DNA from: an uncultured Flavobacteriales bacterium | GTDB lineage: Bacteria; Bacteroidota; Bacteroidia; Flavobacteriales_G; Salibacteraceae | Reading direction: 5' to 3' | Assembly: GCA_905479105.1 (NCBI GenBank) | Contig: CAJQLE010000001.1 | Location: 297,628 to 361,627, forward strand | DNA: 64,000 nt | Part shown: piece by piece, positions 16,668 to 25,938 of the stretch | How the letters are laid out: every line of letters begins with the position of its first letter | Position numbering within the stretch: position 1 is the first letter of the stretch | Notes under the pieces: model-generated | Told to the model about the DNA's origin: nothing | The model's database searches: none | What the model saw: only the letters and a program-made list of their open reading frames with translations | Translations under genes and position numbers: made by a program

Positions 16668-16768
16668 TCGCGCTGTGCAACCTGACCATAATCATCTTCA
16701 CCGAGGATGAAAGTGAGCATCAAAAGCAATGGACTTATGCTATTTTTACCGCCTCTAAAAATTGATCT

Positions 16769-17851
16769 ATGCCGAAATTTCATCCATTGACTGTAAGAGA
16801 AGTGAGAAGAGAAACAGAAGACACTGTCTCCGTTTCATTTGACGTGCCAGAAGAATTAAAAGATGAATACACCTTCATTCAAGGTCAATACCTCACCTTT
16901 AAGAGAGCGTTCAATGGCGAAGACGCAAGAAGAAGTTATTCAATCTGCAGAAGTCCGTTTGAAAATGATCTACGTGTAGCTATCAAGAAAGTAGAAGGAG
17001 GATTGTTTTCAACGTATGCCAACGAATCTTTGCACGCTGGTGACGTTTTGGAGGTGATGACTCCGCTCGGAAGGTTTTATACCAAACTCGATGTAACACA
17101 TGAAAAGCATTATGTAGCTTTTGTTGCTGGTAGTGGAATAACTCCAGTGATGGCTCATATGAAAACCATTTTGGCAACCGAGCCAAAAAGTGAATTCACG
17201 TTGGTTTATGGCAATAAGTCAACGGCAAGCATCATCTTCAAAGAAGAAATTGAAGACCTCAAAAACCAGTATATGGATCGCTTGAGGGTGTTCTACATCT
17301 TAAGTCGAGAAGCCAGCGAATTTCCAATGCTTCATGGCAGAATTGATGGAGAAAAGTGCGAGTTAATTCTTAAATATTTCATTGAACCAGAGAGCATCGA
17401 TGAAGTTTTTATTTGCGGGCCAGCGCCTATGATTGATGCAGTGAGATCGAGTCTAGCAGCAGTTAATGTTGATCGTAAAAAAATTCACTTCGAATTGTTT
17501 GCTTCGCCTCAGCAGTTGGCCGAACGCAGCGGTGTGGTGAAAGAAAAAAAGAAAGTAATAATGGGGTTCGAAGCGAATGTTTCCATCATCTTGGATGGTG
17601 TTGAAACAAAGTTCAAAATGGATTCCCAAAAAACAAATATCCTTGACGCAGCCTTAGCTCATGGAGCTGACCTTCCATTTGCATGCAAAGGAGGCGTTTG
17701 CGCAACATGTCGTGCAAAATTGGATAGTGGCAAAGTCGATATGGATGTCAACTATTCTTTAGAGCCTGACGATTTAGAACGTGGCTTTATTCTCACCTGT
17801 CAATCACACCCAACTACCAGTGATGTCGTGGTGAACTTTGATGAAGCGTAA
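16769..17851 (+). CDS. paaE: Phenylacetate-CoA oxygenase reductase subunit (FNR-like + 2Fe-2S ferredoxin)
   Basis: 360 aa with an FAD/NAD-binding domain (RSYSIC, GSGITP) and a C-terminal plant-type ferredoxin Cys cluster (CKGGVCATCRAKL...C). Confidence 0.85.
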   Translation: MPKFHPLTVREVRRETEDTVSVSFDVPEELKDEYTFIQGQYLTFKRAFNGEDARRSYSICRSPFENDLRVAIKKVEGGLFSTYANESLHAGDVLEVMTPLGRFYTKLDVTHEKHYVAFVAGSGITPVMAHMKTILATEPKSEFTLVYGNKSTASIIFKEEIEDLKNQYMDRLRVFYILSREASEFPMLHGRIDGEKCELILKYFIEPESIDEVFICGPAPMIDAVRSSLAAVNVDRKKIHFELFASPQQLAERSGVVKEKKKVIMGFEANVSIILDGVETKFKMDSQKTNILDAALAHGADLPFACKGGVCATCRAKLDSGKVDMDVNYSLEPDDLERGFILTCQSHPTTSDVVVNFDEA

Positions 17852-17951
17852 ATAACGTTCACCGAACACCCTTTATAGATTCTTCACATCTTCATTTCAA
17901 TAATTCGAGTTTTCTGAATTTCATCTACCATATTTGCGCAAACTTTAAATC

Positions 17952-18905
17952 ATGAGCGATACGCGTATTTTAGTGATTGGTGCATGCGGTCAAGTAGGCA
18001 CAGAACTGGTTGAAGAGCTAGCAAAACGATTTGGAAATGAAGGCGTTATAGCATCTGACATCCGCGACAGCGCCAATTTTGATGTAGAATATGTGAAGTT
18101 GGATGTGCTCGACAGAGAAGCCACACGAAAAGTGATTGTTGATTTCAAGATCACAGAGGTTTATCAATTGGCTGCATTACTTTCTGCTACAGCAGAGAAG
18201 AATCCAGAGTTTGGTTGGAAGTTGAATATGGAAGGTTTATTCTCCATCCTTGATTTGGCAAAAGAAGGATTAGTTAAAAAAATATTTTGGCCAAGTTCCA
18301 TTGCTGTTTTTGGCCCTACCACACCACGTGAAAATACTCCTCAACGCACAGTAATTGAACCTACTACTGTTTATGGAATCTCAAAATTTGCCGGTGAACG
18401 TTGGTGTGAATATTATTTCAATCGTTGGGGAGTGGATGTGCGAAGCGTGCGTTATCCAGGCTTAATCGGATATAAATCTTTACCCGGTGGAGGAACAACC
18501 GATTATGCAGTCGATATTTTCCATCAAGCCTTGAAAGAAGGAACATACGAGTGCTTTCTCAATGCTGAAACCGCTTTACCAATGATGTATATGAGCGATG
18601 CCGTGAAAGCGACTATTGATATCATGCAAGCCCCAAAAGAAAGCATCAAAATTCGAAGCAGTTATAATCTAAGCGCAATGAGTTTTAACCCTGCGCAAAT
18701 TGCAATTGAGATTAAAAAACATATTCCTGACTTTAGTATTTCATACGAACCAGATTTCAGACAAGCCATTGCTGACAATTGGCCTGCATCTATTGAAGAT
18801 ACCGAAGCGCGGGCAGACTGGAACTGGAAGAACAGTTATGATTTAGAAAAGTTAGTCGCGGATATGCTCGAGAACCTCATAAAACAAATCACCACATCAT
18901 CATAG
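17952..18905 (+). CDS. NAD-dependent epimerase/dehydratase family, L-threonine 3-dehydrogenase-like
   Basis: 317 aa extended SDR with VIGACGQVGTEL and YGISKFAGE (Y-x3-K). It resembles the short-chain TDH group. Confidence 0.65.
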   Translation: MSDTRILVIGACGQVGTELVEELAKRFGNEGVIASDIRDSANFDVEYVKLDVLDREATRKVIVDFKITEVYQLAALLSATAEKNPEFGWKLNMEGLFSILDLAKEGLVKKIFWPSSIAVFGPTTPRENTPQRTVIEPTTVYGISKFAGERWCEYYFNRWGVDVRSVRYPGLIGYKSLPGGGTTDYAVDIFHQALKEGTYECFLNAETALPMMYMSDAVKATIDIMQAPKESIKIRSSYNLSAMSFNPAQIAIEIKKHIPDFSISYEPDFRQAIADNWPASIEDTEARADWNWKNSYDLEKLVADMLENLIKQITTSS

Positions 18906-18990
18906 CGCCATTTATTCATATCAATAAATCTGACGCCTAGTCTTGGAAATAAGTTTATCCTTTCGGCCACTTTTGAAGTACTTTATTGCA

Positions 18991-19869
18991 ATGAGAACAT
19001 TCCTAATTCTTGCCCTGATTTCAATTTCATGTTCACTTTTCGCTCAGAATCAAACCAATGATGCTGGGAGAAAGATCGGATATTGGAAACTTACCGGAGC
19101 AGACAAACCAATGCCTGGATACAGTGAAAGCGCAATTGTTGAAGAAGGTGAGTTCAGCGAAGGTCGCAAAATTGGAATGTGGAAAGCGTATTTTCCTTCA
19201 GGTAAGTTGAAGAGTGAAATCACCCATGACAATGGTCGCCCGAAAGGCCCATACACGACCTATTACGAAAACGGCCAGATAGAAGAAAGAGGAAATTGGG
19301 GACTGAATAAGAACATGGGAAAATTTACCCGCTACTATGAAAATGGTCAGGTTCAACAAGATTTCACTTTTGACGATACTGGAAAAAGAAATGGTGCTCA
19401 GAAGTATTATCATGACAATGGTCAATTGATGATAGAAGGAGATTGGAATGGTGGTAAGGAAGATGGAGCCATCAAAGAATACTATTCGAATGGAGATATA
19501 AAATCAATTCGTGTTTTCAATGGAGGTAAGATGGATGCTGCAAAATCAGAATTCAAAAAAGCTTCAACACCCGCAGTAGCCATGAAAGCAGAGCCTGATC
19601 CAGTGAAAGACGCAAACAACAATGTGAAAAAGACCTATACTGTATCTAAACAAGAGGCCGCCCCGAATATCGGTGTTTTTGATGGTAATGGTCCTCATAC
19701 CTTATACAATAAGAATCGTCAAATCCAACAAAAAGGTATTTTTAAGAATGGCCGATTAATGGATGGTAAAATCTATAAATATTCTAAGGACGGGATCCTT
19801 GAGGTCATTGAAATATACTCTGGAGGACAATGTGTTGGTGATGGCGTCATCACTGCAGACATGAAATAA
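18991..19869 (+). CDS. Exported MORN-variant / YwqK-like repeat protein
   Basis: Signal peptide MRTFLILALISISCSLFA|Q, then repeated YYENGQ / YHDNGQ / YYSNGD units. The track TTG start at 18943 adds 16 residues before the signal peptide, so the ATG at 18991 is preferred. Confidence 0.6.
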   Translation: MRTFLILALISISCSLFAQNQTNDAGRKIGYWKLTGADKPMPGYSESAIVEEGEFSEGRKIGMWKAYFPSGKLKSEITHDNGRPKGPYTTYYENGQIEERGNWGLNKNMGKFTRYYENGQVQQDFTFDDTGKRNGAQKYYHDNGQLMIEGDWNGGKEDGAIKEYYSNGDIKSIRVFNGGKMDAAKSEFKKASTPAVAMKAEPDPVKDANNNVKKTYTVSKQEAAPNIGVFDGNGPHTLYNKNRQIQQKGIFKNGRLMDGKIYKYSKDGILEVIEIYSGGQCVGDGVITADMK

Positions 19870-19958
19870 CTTCCGCATACTACCAGCATCTTTTTTCACT
19901 CATTTTCTGAAGCTTCTATAGTTTTTCAGCTTCTATCTTTGCATGCGAAATAATTGAC

Positions 19959-21425
19959 ATGAATTCAGCATTGCACGTTTACAATACCTTAAATGGTAAG
20001 AAAGAAAATTTTGAACCACTCACACCGCCACGTGTTCGCCTTTACGTTTGTGGACCGACTGTCTATAGCAATGCTCATCTGGGTAATTGCAGAACCTTCC
20101 TTTCATTTGATTTAATCGCTAGATACTTGCGGTATACCGGATATAAGGTAAGATATGTGCGCAACATTACCGATGTAGGCCACATTACCACCGATGTAGA
20201 TGAAGGAATAGATCGTATCGGCCAACAAGCCAAATTAGAGCAAATGGAACCCATGGAAATCGTGCAGAAATACACGACCGATTTTCATAACATCATGGCT
20301 TCAATGAACATCCTTCCTCCTGATATTGAGCCAACAGCTACAGGACATATGATCGAACAAATCGAGATGATAAAAACCATCATCGATAATGGGTATGCAT
20401 ACGAATCAGAAGGAAACATCTACTTCGATGTTGAAGCTTACAAAGCAAAACACAATTACGGTGAATTGAGTGGCCGCAATGTGGATGAGCTTTTTGAAAA
20501 TACGAGAACATTGGATGGTCAAAGTGAGAAACGGTTTTTTGCAGATTTCGCCCTTTGGAAAAAAGCAGCTCCTGAGCACATCATGAAATGGCCATCACCT
20601 TGGGGAATGGGGTTTCCGGGTTGGCACTTGGAATGCTCGGCAATGAGTACAAAATATTTAGGAGAGGAATTCGATATACACGGGGGTGGAATGGACTTAA
20701 AATTCCCTCACCACGAATCTGAAGTAGCACAAAACACAGCCTGCACAGGTCATGGTCCAGCAAGATATTGGCTGCATACCAACATGCTCACTTTTGAAGG
20801 TTCGAAAATGTCAAAGTCGTTAGGCAATTCTATTTTACCAAATGAATTATTCACTGGAGATCACCCTTTATTAAAGAGAGGTTTTCATCCGATGGTTGTG
20901 CGATTCTTCATGATGCAAGCGCACTATCGCAGCACGCTTGACTTTTCTAATGAAGCATTAGAAGCTTCAGAAAAAGGCTACCAAAGACTAATGGCGGGTG
21001 TTAAGGTTTTATCTACGTTGGTTACGTCAGATAAATCAGATATTGACGTAGTCGCTTATAAGGATAAGTTCACAGCAGCCATGGATGATGACTTCAACAG
21101 TCCTGTGCTGATCAGCCATCTTTTTGACGCTGTGAAAAGCATCAATTCAATCGCTGAAGGAAGGCTTAAAATCACCGCTCAAGATAAATCTGCGCTTGAA
21201 GATCTAATTCATGGAGTAATCAGCGAAATTCTGGGTTTAAGCTCCATAGAAGAAACTGGGAATTCTGATTTAGCCAATGGATTAATGGAGTTGATTCTTG
21301 ACTTAAGAGCTAGATCACGTTCCAACAAAGACTGGGCTACTTCTGATGCTATTCGAGATCAATTAGAAGCATTAAAAATCGTGGTAAAAGACGGGAAAGA
21401 CGGAGCAACATGGGGATTAAAATAA
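19959..21425 (+). CDS. cysS: Cysteine--tRNA ligase
   Basis: 488 aa class I aaRS with HLGN (HIGH variant) and KMSKS motifs. A TATCTTTG box lies at 19934-19941. Confidence 0.95.
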   Translation: MNSALHVYNTLNGKKENFEPLTPPRVRLYVCGPTVYSNAHLGNCRTFLSFDLIARYLRYTGYKVRYVRNITDVGHITTDVDEGIDRIGQQAKLEQMEPMEIVQKYTTDFHNIMASMNILPPDIEPTATGHMIEQIEMIKTIIDNGYAYESEGNIYFDVEAYKAKHNYGELSGRNVDELFENTRTLDGQSEKRFFADFALWKKAAPEHIMKWPSPWGMGFPGWHLECSAMSTKYLGEEFDIHGGGMDLKFPHHESEVAQNTACTGHGPARYWLHTNMLTFEGSKMSKSLGNSILPNELFTGDHPLLKRGFHPMVVRFFMMQAHYRSTLDFSNEALEASEKGYQRLMAGVKVLSTLVTSDKSDIDVVAYKDKFTAAMDDDFNSPVLISHLFDAVKSINSIAEGRLKITAQDKSALEDLIHGVISEILGLSSIEETGNSDLANGLMELILDLRARSRSNKDWATSDAIRDQLEALKIVVKDGKDGATWGLK

Positions 21426-22423
21426 TTCGAAAGCTTTCAGTAGTTTTTATGGTTAGCCTATTGCTTTGGAGCTGTGAAAACGATTCGAAACGAAGGTTGG
21501 AAACAAGGCCTAAAGCTGCCACTAAAACTGCAATAGTCTTAAAGGAAACTCCTAGGTTCAATCAAGATTCAGCTTACGCATTTGTCCAAAAGCAAGTCGA
21601 TTTTGGCCCTCGTGTGCCTAATACTGATGCGCAATTAGAATGTGCACAATGGATGGAAGCTAAAATGAAAAGCTTCGGCTTAGAAACTTCTATTCAGCAA
21701 GGTGAAGTAACAGCCTACAACGATCAAAAGCTACGAATGATTAATGTCATGGGACGTTACCGTCCGGAGGTAAAAGATCGGATTTTATTATGTGCTCATT
21801 GGGACACAAGACCTTATGCTGATCGTGACACAAAAAACTTAAACGAACCTATAGATGGCGCCAACGATGGTGCGAGTGGAGTTGGCGTTCTGCTCGAACT
21901 TGCGCGAATTATAAGCTTAGACTCTATAGGACCAAACATTGGCTTTGACATCGTCTTTTTTGATACCGAAGACTACGGAAAACCTGAGACATCGATGGTT
22001 GGGTCTTCAAGTGATTCTTGGTGTCTTGGTTCGCAATACTGGGCGAAGAATATTCCGTTTGCGAACTATAGACCGAAGTATGGTATTCTCCTTGACATGG
22101 TCGGTGCGAGTAATGCTGTTTTCCCAAAAGAAGCAGCTTCCATGCATTACGCTCCTTTTGTCATGAATCGAGTTTGGTCTGTAGCACAGGCAATGGGTCA
22201 CAAAGATTATTTCGCTAATATCAATGGAAACCCAATTACCGATGATCATATTTATCTCAATACGATTGCTGGAATTCCAACTATAGACATCATTCACTAT
22301 GAAATGGGCAGGGCAGATTTTGGAACATTCCACCACACGCATGATGACAATATGGATGTGATTGATGCTAACACGTTGAAAGTTGTAGGCGAAGTATTGA
22401 CCCAAGTGATATATCAGGAATGA
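21410..22423 (+). CDS. M28-fold lipoprotein, glutaminyl-peptide cyclotransferase-like
   Basis: 337 aa with a lipobox (LLLWSC) and metal-site motifs (CAHWDTRPYAD, DGANDGASGV, FFDTEDYG, HHTHDD), as in animal-type QC and M28 peptidases. Confidence 0.7.
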   Translation: MGIKIIRKLSVVFMVSLLLWSCENDSKRRLETRPKAATKTAIVLKETPRFNQDSAYAFVQKQVDFGPRVPNTDAQLECAQWMEAKMKSFGLETSIQQGEVTAYNDQKLRMINVMGRYRPEVKDRILLCAHWDTRPYADRDTKNLNEPIDGANDGASGVGVLLELARIISLDSIGPNIGFDIVFFDTEDYGKPETSMVGSSSDSWCLGSQYWAKNIPFANYRPKYGILLDMVGASNAVFPKEAASMHYAPFVMNRVWSVAQAMGHKDYFANINGNPITDDHIYLNTIAGIPTIDIIHYEMGRADFGTFHHTHDDNMDVIDANTLKVVGEVLTQVIYQE

Positions 22424-23013
22424 GAATTTTTCTTGTATTTATTTTCTCCTTTTTCTTTTTTAGCAGCAATGCTCAAAACACAGATATTGATTGGTTACAG
22501 GCTATAAATGTTCATCGCAATCAATCGCTTGACCCTTCATTTAAATTAATTACCAATTCAGCCTCCGCTGTGAGTGTGCTATGCCCTATTAGTGTCTATG
22601 GTGTTGGATTCATCGCAAAGGACAGCACTCTCATGAGAAAAGGCATTTATGTCGCAGGAACAATGGCCATTTCAGCCACACTTACCTATGCGTTGAAATA
22701 CAGTATCAATCGTAAAAGGCCTTTTGAGGCGTACGACTTTATTGATAAACAATCGAAAGGTGGTGGACCTTCGTTTCCATCCGGCCATACCAGCAATGCA
22801 TTTGCTACAGCTACGGCAATGACATTTGCTTTTCCAAAATGGTATGTGGCGGTTCCAGCATTTAGTTGGGCTGGTGCTGTAGGTTATTCTAGAATGCATT
22901 TAGGCGTGCATTATCCAAGTGATGTTTTGGTTGGAGCAGCTGTTGGCGCAGGATCTGCTTGGCTTGGACATTGGCTGAACAAACGACTATTTCAGTCTCG
23001 AGCAAAACGATAA
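22420..23013 (+). CDS. PAP2-family phosphatase
   Basis: 197 aa membrane protein with KYSINRKRP, PSGHTS and SRMHLGVHYPSD motifs. ATGA overlap with the upstream gene. Confidence 0.8.
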   Translation: MRIFLVFIFSFFFFSSNAQNTDIDWLQAINVHRNQSLDPSFKLITNSASAVSVLCPISVYGVGFIAKDSTLMRKGIYVAGTMAISATLTYALKYSINRKRPFEAYDFIDKQSKGGGPSFPSGHTSNAFATATAMTFAFPKWYVAVPAFSWAGAVGYSRMHLGVHYPSDVLVGAAVGAGSAWLGHWLNKRLFQSRAKR

Positions 23014-23091
23014 AAACTTCATTAATTCTTCCTTGGAAATTACCCCTACATTCTTTTGATAGGGTTATATTTCGGGAAATTACTTCCTACA

Positions 23092-25893
23092 ATGGCTGAC
23101 GAAAAAAAACTCTTTCTACTCGATGCGTTTGCACTGATTTATAGAGCATACTATTCTTTCATCTCTAATCCAAGAATCAGTAGCAAAGGCTTCAATACTT
23201 CAGCCATGTTCGGCTTTACAAACACGCTTTTTGATCTGATAAAAAAAGAAAATCCAACGCATATCGCTGTGGTTTTCGACCCACCAAGCGGTGATCAAAA
23301 AAACTTTAGAGTGGAGCAATATGCAGAATACAAAGCTAATCGAGAGGCCATGCCAGAGGATATAGCACGGTCCATTCCTTACATTAAAGCAATCGTAGAG
23401 GGGTTCAATATTCCTGCCTTAGAAGTAGCCGGGTTTGAAGCAGATGATGTCATTGGCACTTTGGCAAAAAAAGCAGCTAGAAAAGGCTACACCGTTTATA
23501 TGATGACTCCCGATAAAGACTATGGTCAATTGGTGGAGGAGAACATATTTATGTACAAGCCAGCCCGCGGAGGAGGCGATGTAGAAATCATGGGAGTAAA
23601 AGAAATCTGTGATAAATATGGCATAGTACGACCAGAGCAGGTGATCGATATTTTAGGCATGATGGGTGACGCGGTAGATAATATTCCTGGAATTCCGGGT
23701 GTGGGAGAAAAAACCGCTATCAAGTTTGTGCAACAATTCGATTCAGTTGAAGGGTTGTATGAAAATTTGGACAAGCTGAAAGGTAAAATGAAGGAAAAAG
23801 TGGAGGCCAATAAGGATCTCGCTTATATGTCTAAAGAACTCGCTACAATCGTTCTCGATGTGCCTATTGAGTTAAACGAAAAAAACTTAATTCGTGATGA
23901 GCCGAATCAAGAAAGGCTGATCGAAATATTTACTGAGCTTGAATTCAAAACCATGGCAAAGCGCATGCTTGGCGAGGAGATTACTATCGTTCAATCTGAT
24001 AGCTCAAGCAGTCAATTAGACTTATTCAGCACTCCTGAAGAAGGCGATGCGAAAGTTGAAGAGAATGTTGTCGCAGAAGATTTAAAATCTATTGAAAGCT
24101 CAGATCATGATTACCGCGCTGTCTCCAGTCCTGAGGAAAGAAAAGCGCTTATTACCTCTTTAATGAAGCAATCGAGTTTTTGTTTTGACACAGAAACAAC
24201 AGGAATAGATTCACTTACTGCGGAATTGGTGGGCATATCCTTTTGCTGGAAAAAAGGAACCGCGTTTTACGTTCCGATTCCAGCCGACCAAGAAGAAGCA
24301 AAAGCTATTGTCTCTGAATTCAAATCAGTCTTTGAAAATGATGCGGAAAAGGTTGGGCAAAATCTGAAGTATGACATCGAAGTTTTAAACCGTTATGGAA
24401 CCGATGTAAAAGGTTTCTTGTACGATACAATGATTGCTCATTATTTGCTTCATCCAGATATGCGACATAACATGGATGAGATGTCTGAATATTATCTTAA
24501 GTATAAGCCTGTATCCATAGAGTCTCTAATTGGTAAAAAGGGCAAAGGACAAGGCAGTATGAGGGATGTTGCATTAGAAGAAATCAAAGAATATGCTTCG
24601 GAAGACGCGGACATCACCTGGCAATTAAAGCAAGCATTAGACGCTGAATTAGATAAAGACCATCTCATTAAGCTCTTTACAGAAATTGAATCGCCTTTGA
24701 TTACAGTGCTGACGCATATGGAAATTGAAGGAATAAACTTGGATGTAAAAGCACTTCAGTCATTCTCGAAGGAATTAGCAATTGACATTGACCAATTGCA
24801 GACTAAAATTCTCGAATTAGCAGGAATCGACTTCAATATCGATTCACCAAAGCAATTGGGAGAAATGCTCTTTGATCATTTAAAAATTGATGAAAAAGCA
24901 AAAAAGACAAAAAGTGGACAGTATGTAACTCGAGAAGATACGCTTCAAAAACTTGCTAATAAGCATGAAATTATTCCATTGATTCTCGACTATAGAAGCG
25001 TCAAAAAACTAAAAAGCACTTATGTAGATAGTTTACCTGAATTAGTAAATCCAAAAACTCACCGCATTCACACCAATTACATGCAGACGGTAGCGGCCAC
25101 TGGACGTCTTTCATCTAACAACCCAAACCTGCAAAATATTCCGATTCGCACCGAACGAGGAAGACAGATTCGCAAAGCATTCATACCACGGGATGAAAAC
25201 CATGTCATTCTAGCCGCTGATTATTCGCAGGTTGAACTAAGAATAATTGCTGCTCTCAGCGGTGATCAAGGGATGATTGAAGCCTTTAAAAATGGACTAG
25301 ACATCCACGCAGCCACTGCTGCCAAAGTTTTCAATGTTGCTTTAGAAGATGTAACACGCGATCAAAGAAGCAAGGCAAAGGCTGTAAACTTTGGAATAGC
25401 CTATGGGCAAGGAGCATTTGGTTTGGCTGAAAATCTGAACATATCAAGAACAGAAGCCAAAGAAATCATCGACAATTATTTTAAAGAGTTTCCTGGCATT
25501 CAGGATTACAAACACATCGCTATAGAAAGTGCGAGAGAAAAAGGGTATGCAGAAACTCTCTTAAACAGAAGACGTAATCTGCCAGATATCAATTCACGCA
25601 ATGGAACCGTAAAAGCAGCAGCAGAGCGAAATGCCATCAACGCCCCAATTCAAGGTTCCGCAGCGGACATTATTAAATTGGCGATGATCAACATTCACGA
25701 GCTCTTCAAAAAAGAAGGATTTAAATCCAAAATGTTACTTCAAGTGCACGATGAATTGGTGTTCGATGCTGAAAAAACAGAGTTAGAGAAGATAATTCCA
25801 CTGATTAAAAAGGAGATGGAAAGTGCCTATATAATTGACGTTCCATTAGTTGTTGACATAAATTATGGGAATAATTGGCTAGAGGCACACTAA
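23092..25893 (+). CDS. polA: DNA polymerase I
   Basis: 5'-nuclease, 3'-5' exonuclease and polymerase domains are all present (DYSQVELR, QVHDELV). The ATG at 23092 (MADEKKLFLLDA) is preferred over the track start at 23056. Confidence 0.95.
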   Translation: MADEKKLFLLDAFALIYRAYYSFISNPRISSKGFNTSAMFGFTNTLFDLIKKENPTHIAVVFDPPSGDQKNFRVEQYAEYKANREAMPEDIARSIPYIKAIVEGFNIPALEVAGFEADDVIGTLAKKAARKGYTVYMMTPDKDYGQLVEENIFMYKPARGGGDVEIMGVKEICDKYGIVRPEQVIDILGMMGDAVDNIPGIPGVGEKTAIKFVQQFDSVEGLYENLDKLKGKMKEKVEANKDLAYMSKELATIVLDVPIELNEKNLIRDEPNQERLIEIFTELEFKTMAKRMLGEEITIVQSDSSSSQLDLFSTPEEGDAKVEENVVAEDLKSIESSDHDYRAVSSPEERKALITSLMKQSSFCFDTETTGIDSLTAELVGISFCWKKGTAFYVPIPADQEEAKAIVSEFKSVFENDAEKVGQNLKYDIEVLNRYGTDVKGFLYDTMIAHYLLHPDMRHNMDEMSEYYLKYKPVSIESLIGKKGKGQGSMRDVALEEIKEYASEDADITWQLKQALDAELDKDHLIKLFTEIESPLITVLTHMEIEGINLDVKALQSFSKELAIDIDQLQTKILELAGIDFNIDSPKQLGEMLFDHLKIDEKAKKTKSGQYVTREDTLQKLANKHEIIPLILDYRSVKKLKSTYVDSLPELVNPKTHRIHTNYMQTVAATGRLSSNNPNLQNIPIRTERGRQIRKAFIPRDENHVILAADYSQVELRIIAALSGDQGMIEAFKNGLDIHAATAAKVFNVALEDVTRDQRSKAKAVNFGIAYGQGAFGLAENLNISRTEAKEIIDNYFKEFPGIQDYKHIAIESAREKGYAETLLNRRRNLPDINSRNGTVKAAAERNAINAPIQGSAADIIKLAMINIHELFKKEGFKSKMLLQVHDELVFDAEKTELEKIIPLIKKEMESAYIIDVPLVVDINYGNNWLEAH

Positions 25894-25938
25894 ATTCAAC
25901 TCCAATCTCTTATAAGTTTGCTTGAACCTAGGGTAATT

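Noticed and set aside
16655-16765. 36-codon ORF (MNHEFALCNLTIIIFTEDESEHQKQWTYAIFTASKN) ending 3 nt before paaE
   Set aside because: Its ATG lies inside the inverted heptamer copy. There is no conservation evidence, so it could be a chance frame. I note it only as a possible leader peptide.
22007-22405. 132-aa antisense ORF within the M28/QC-like gene (also 21924-22166)
   Set aside because: It is a shadow of a conserved plus-strand gene.
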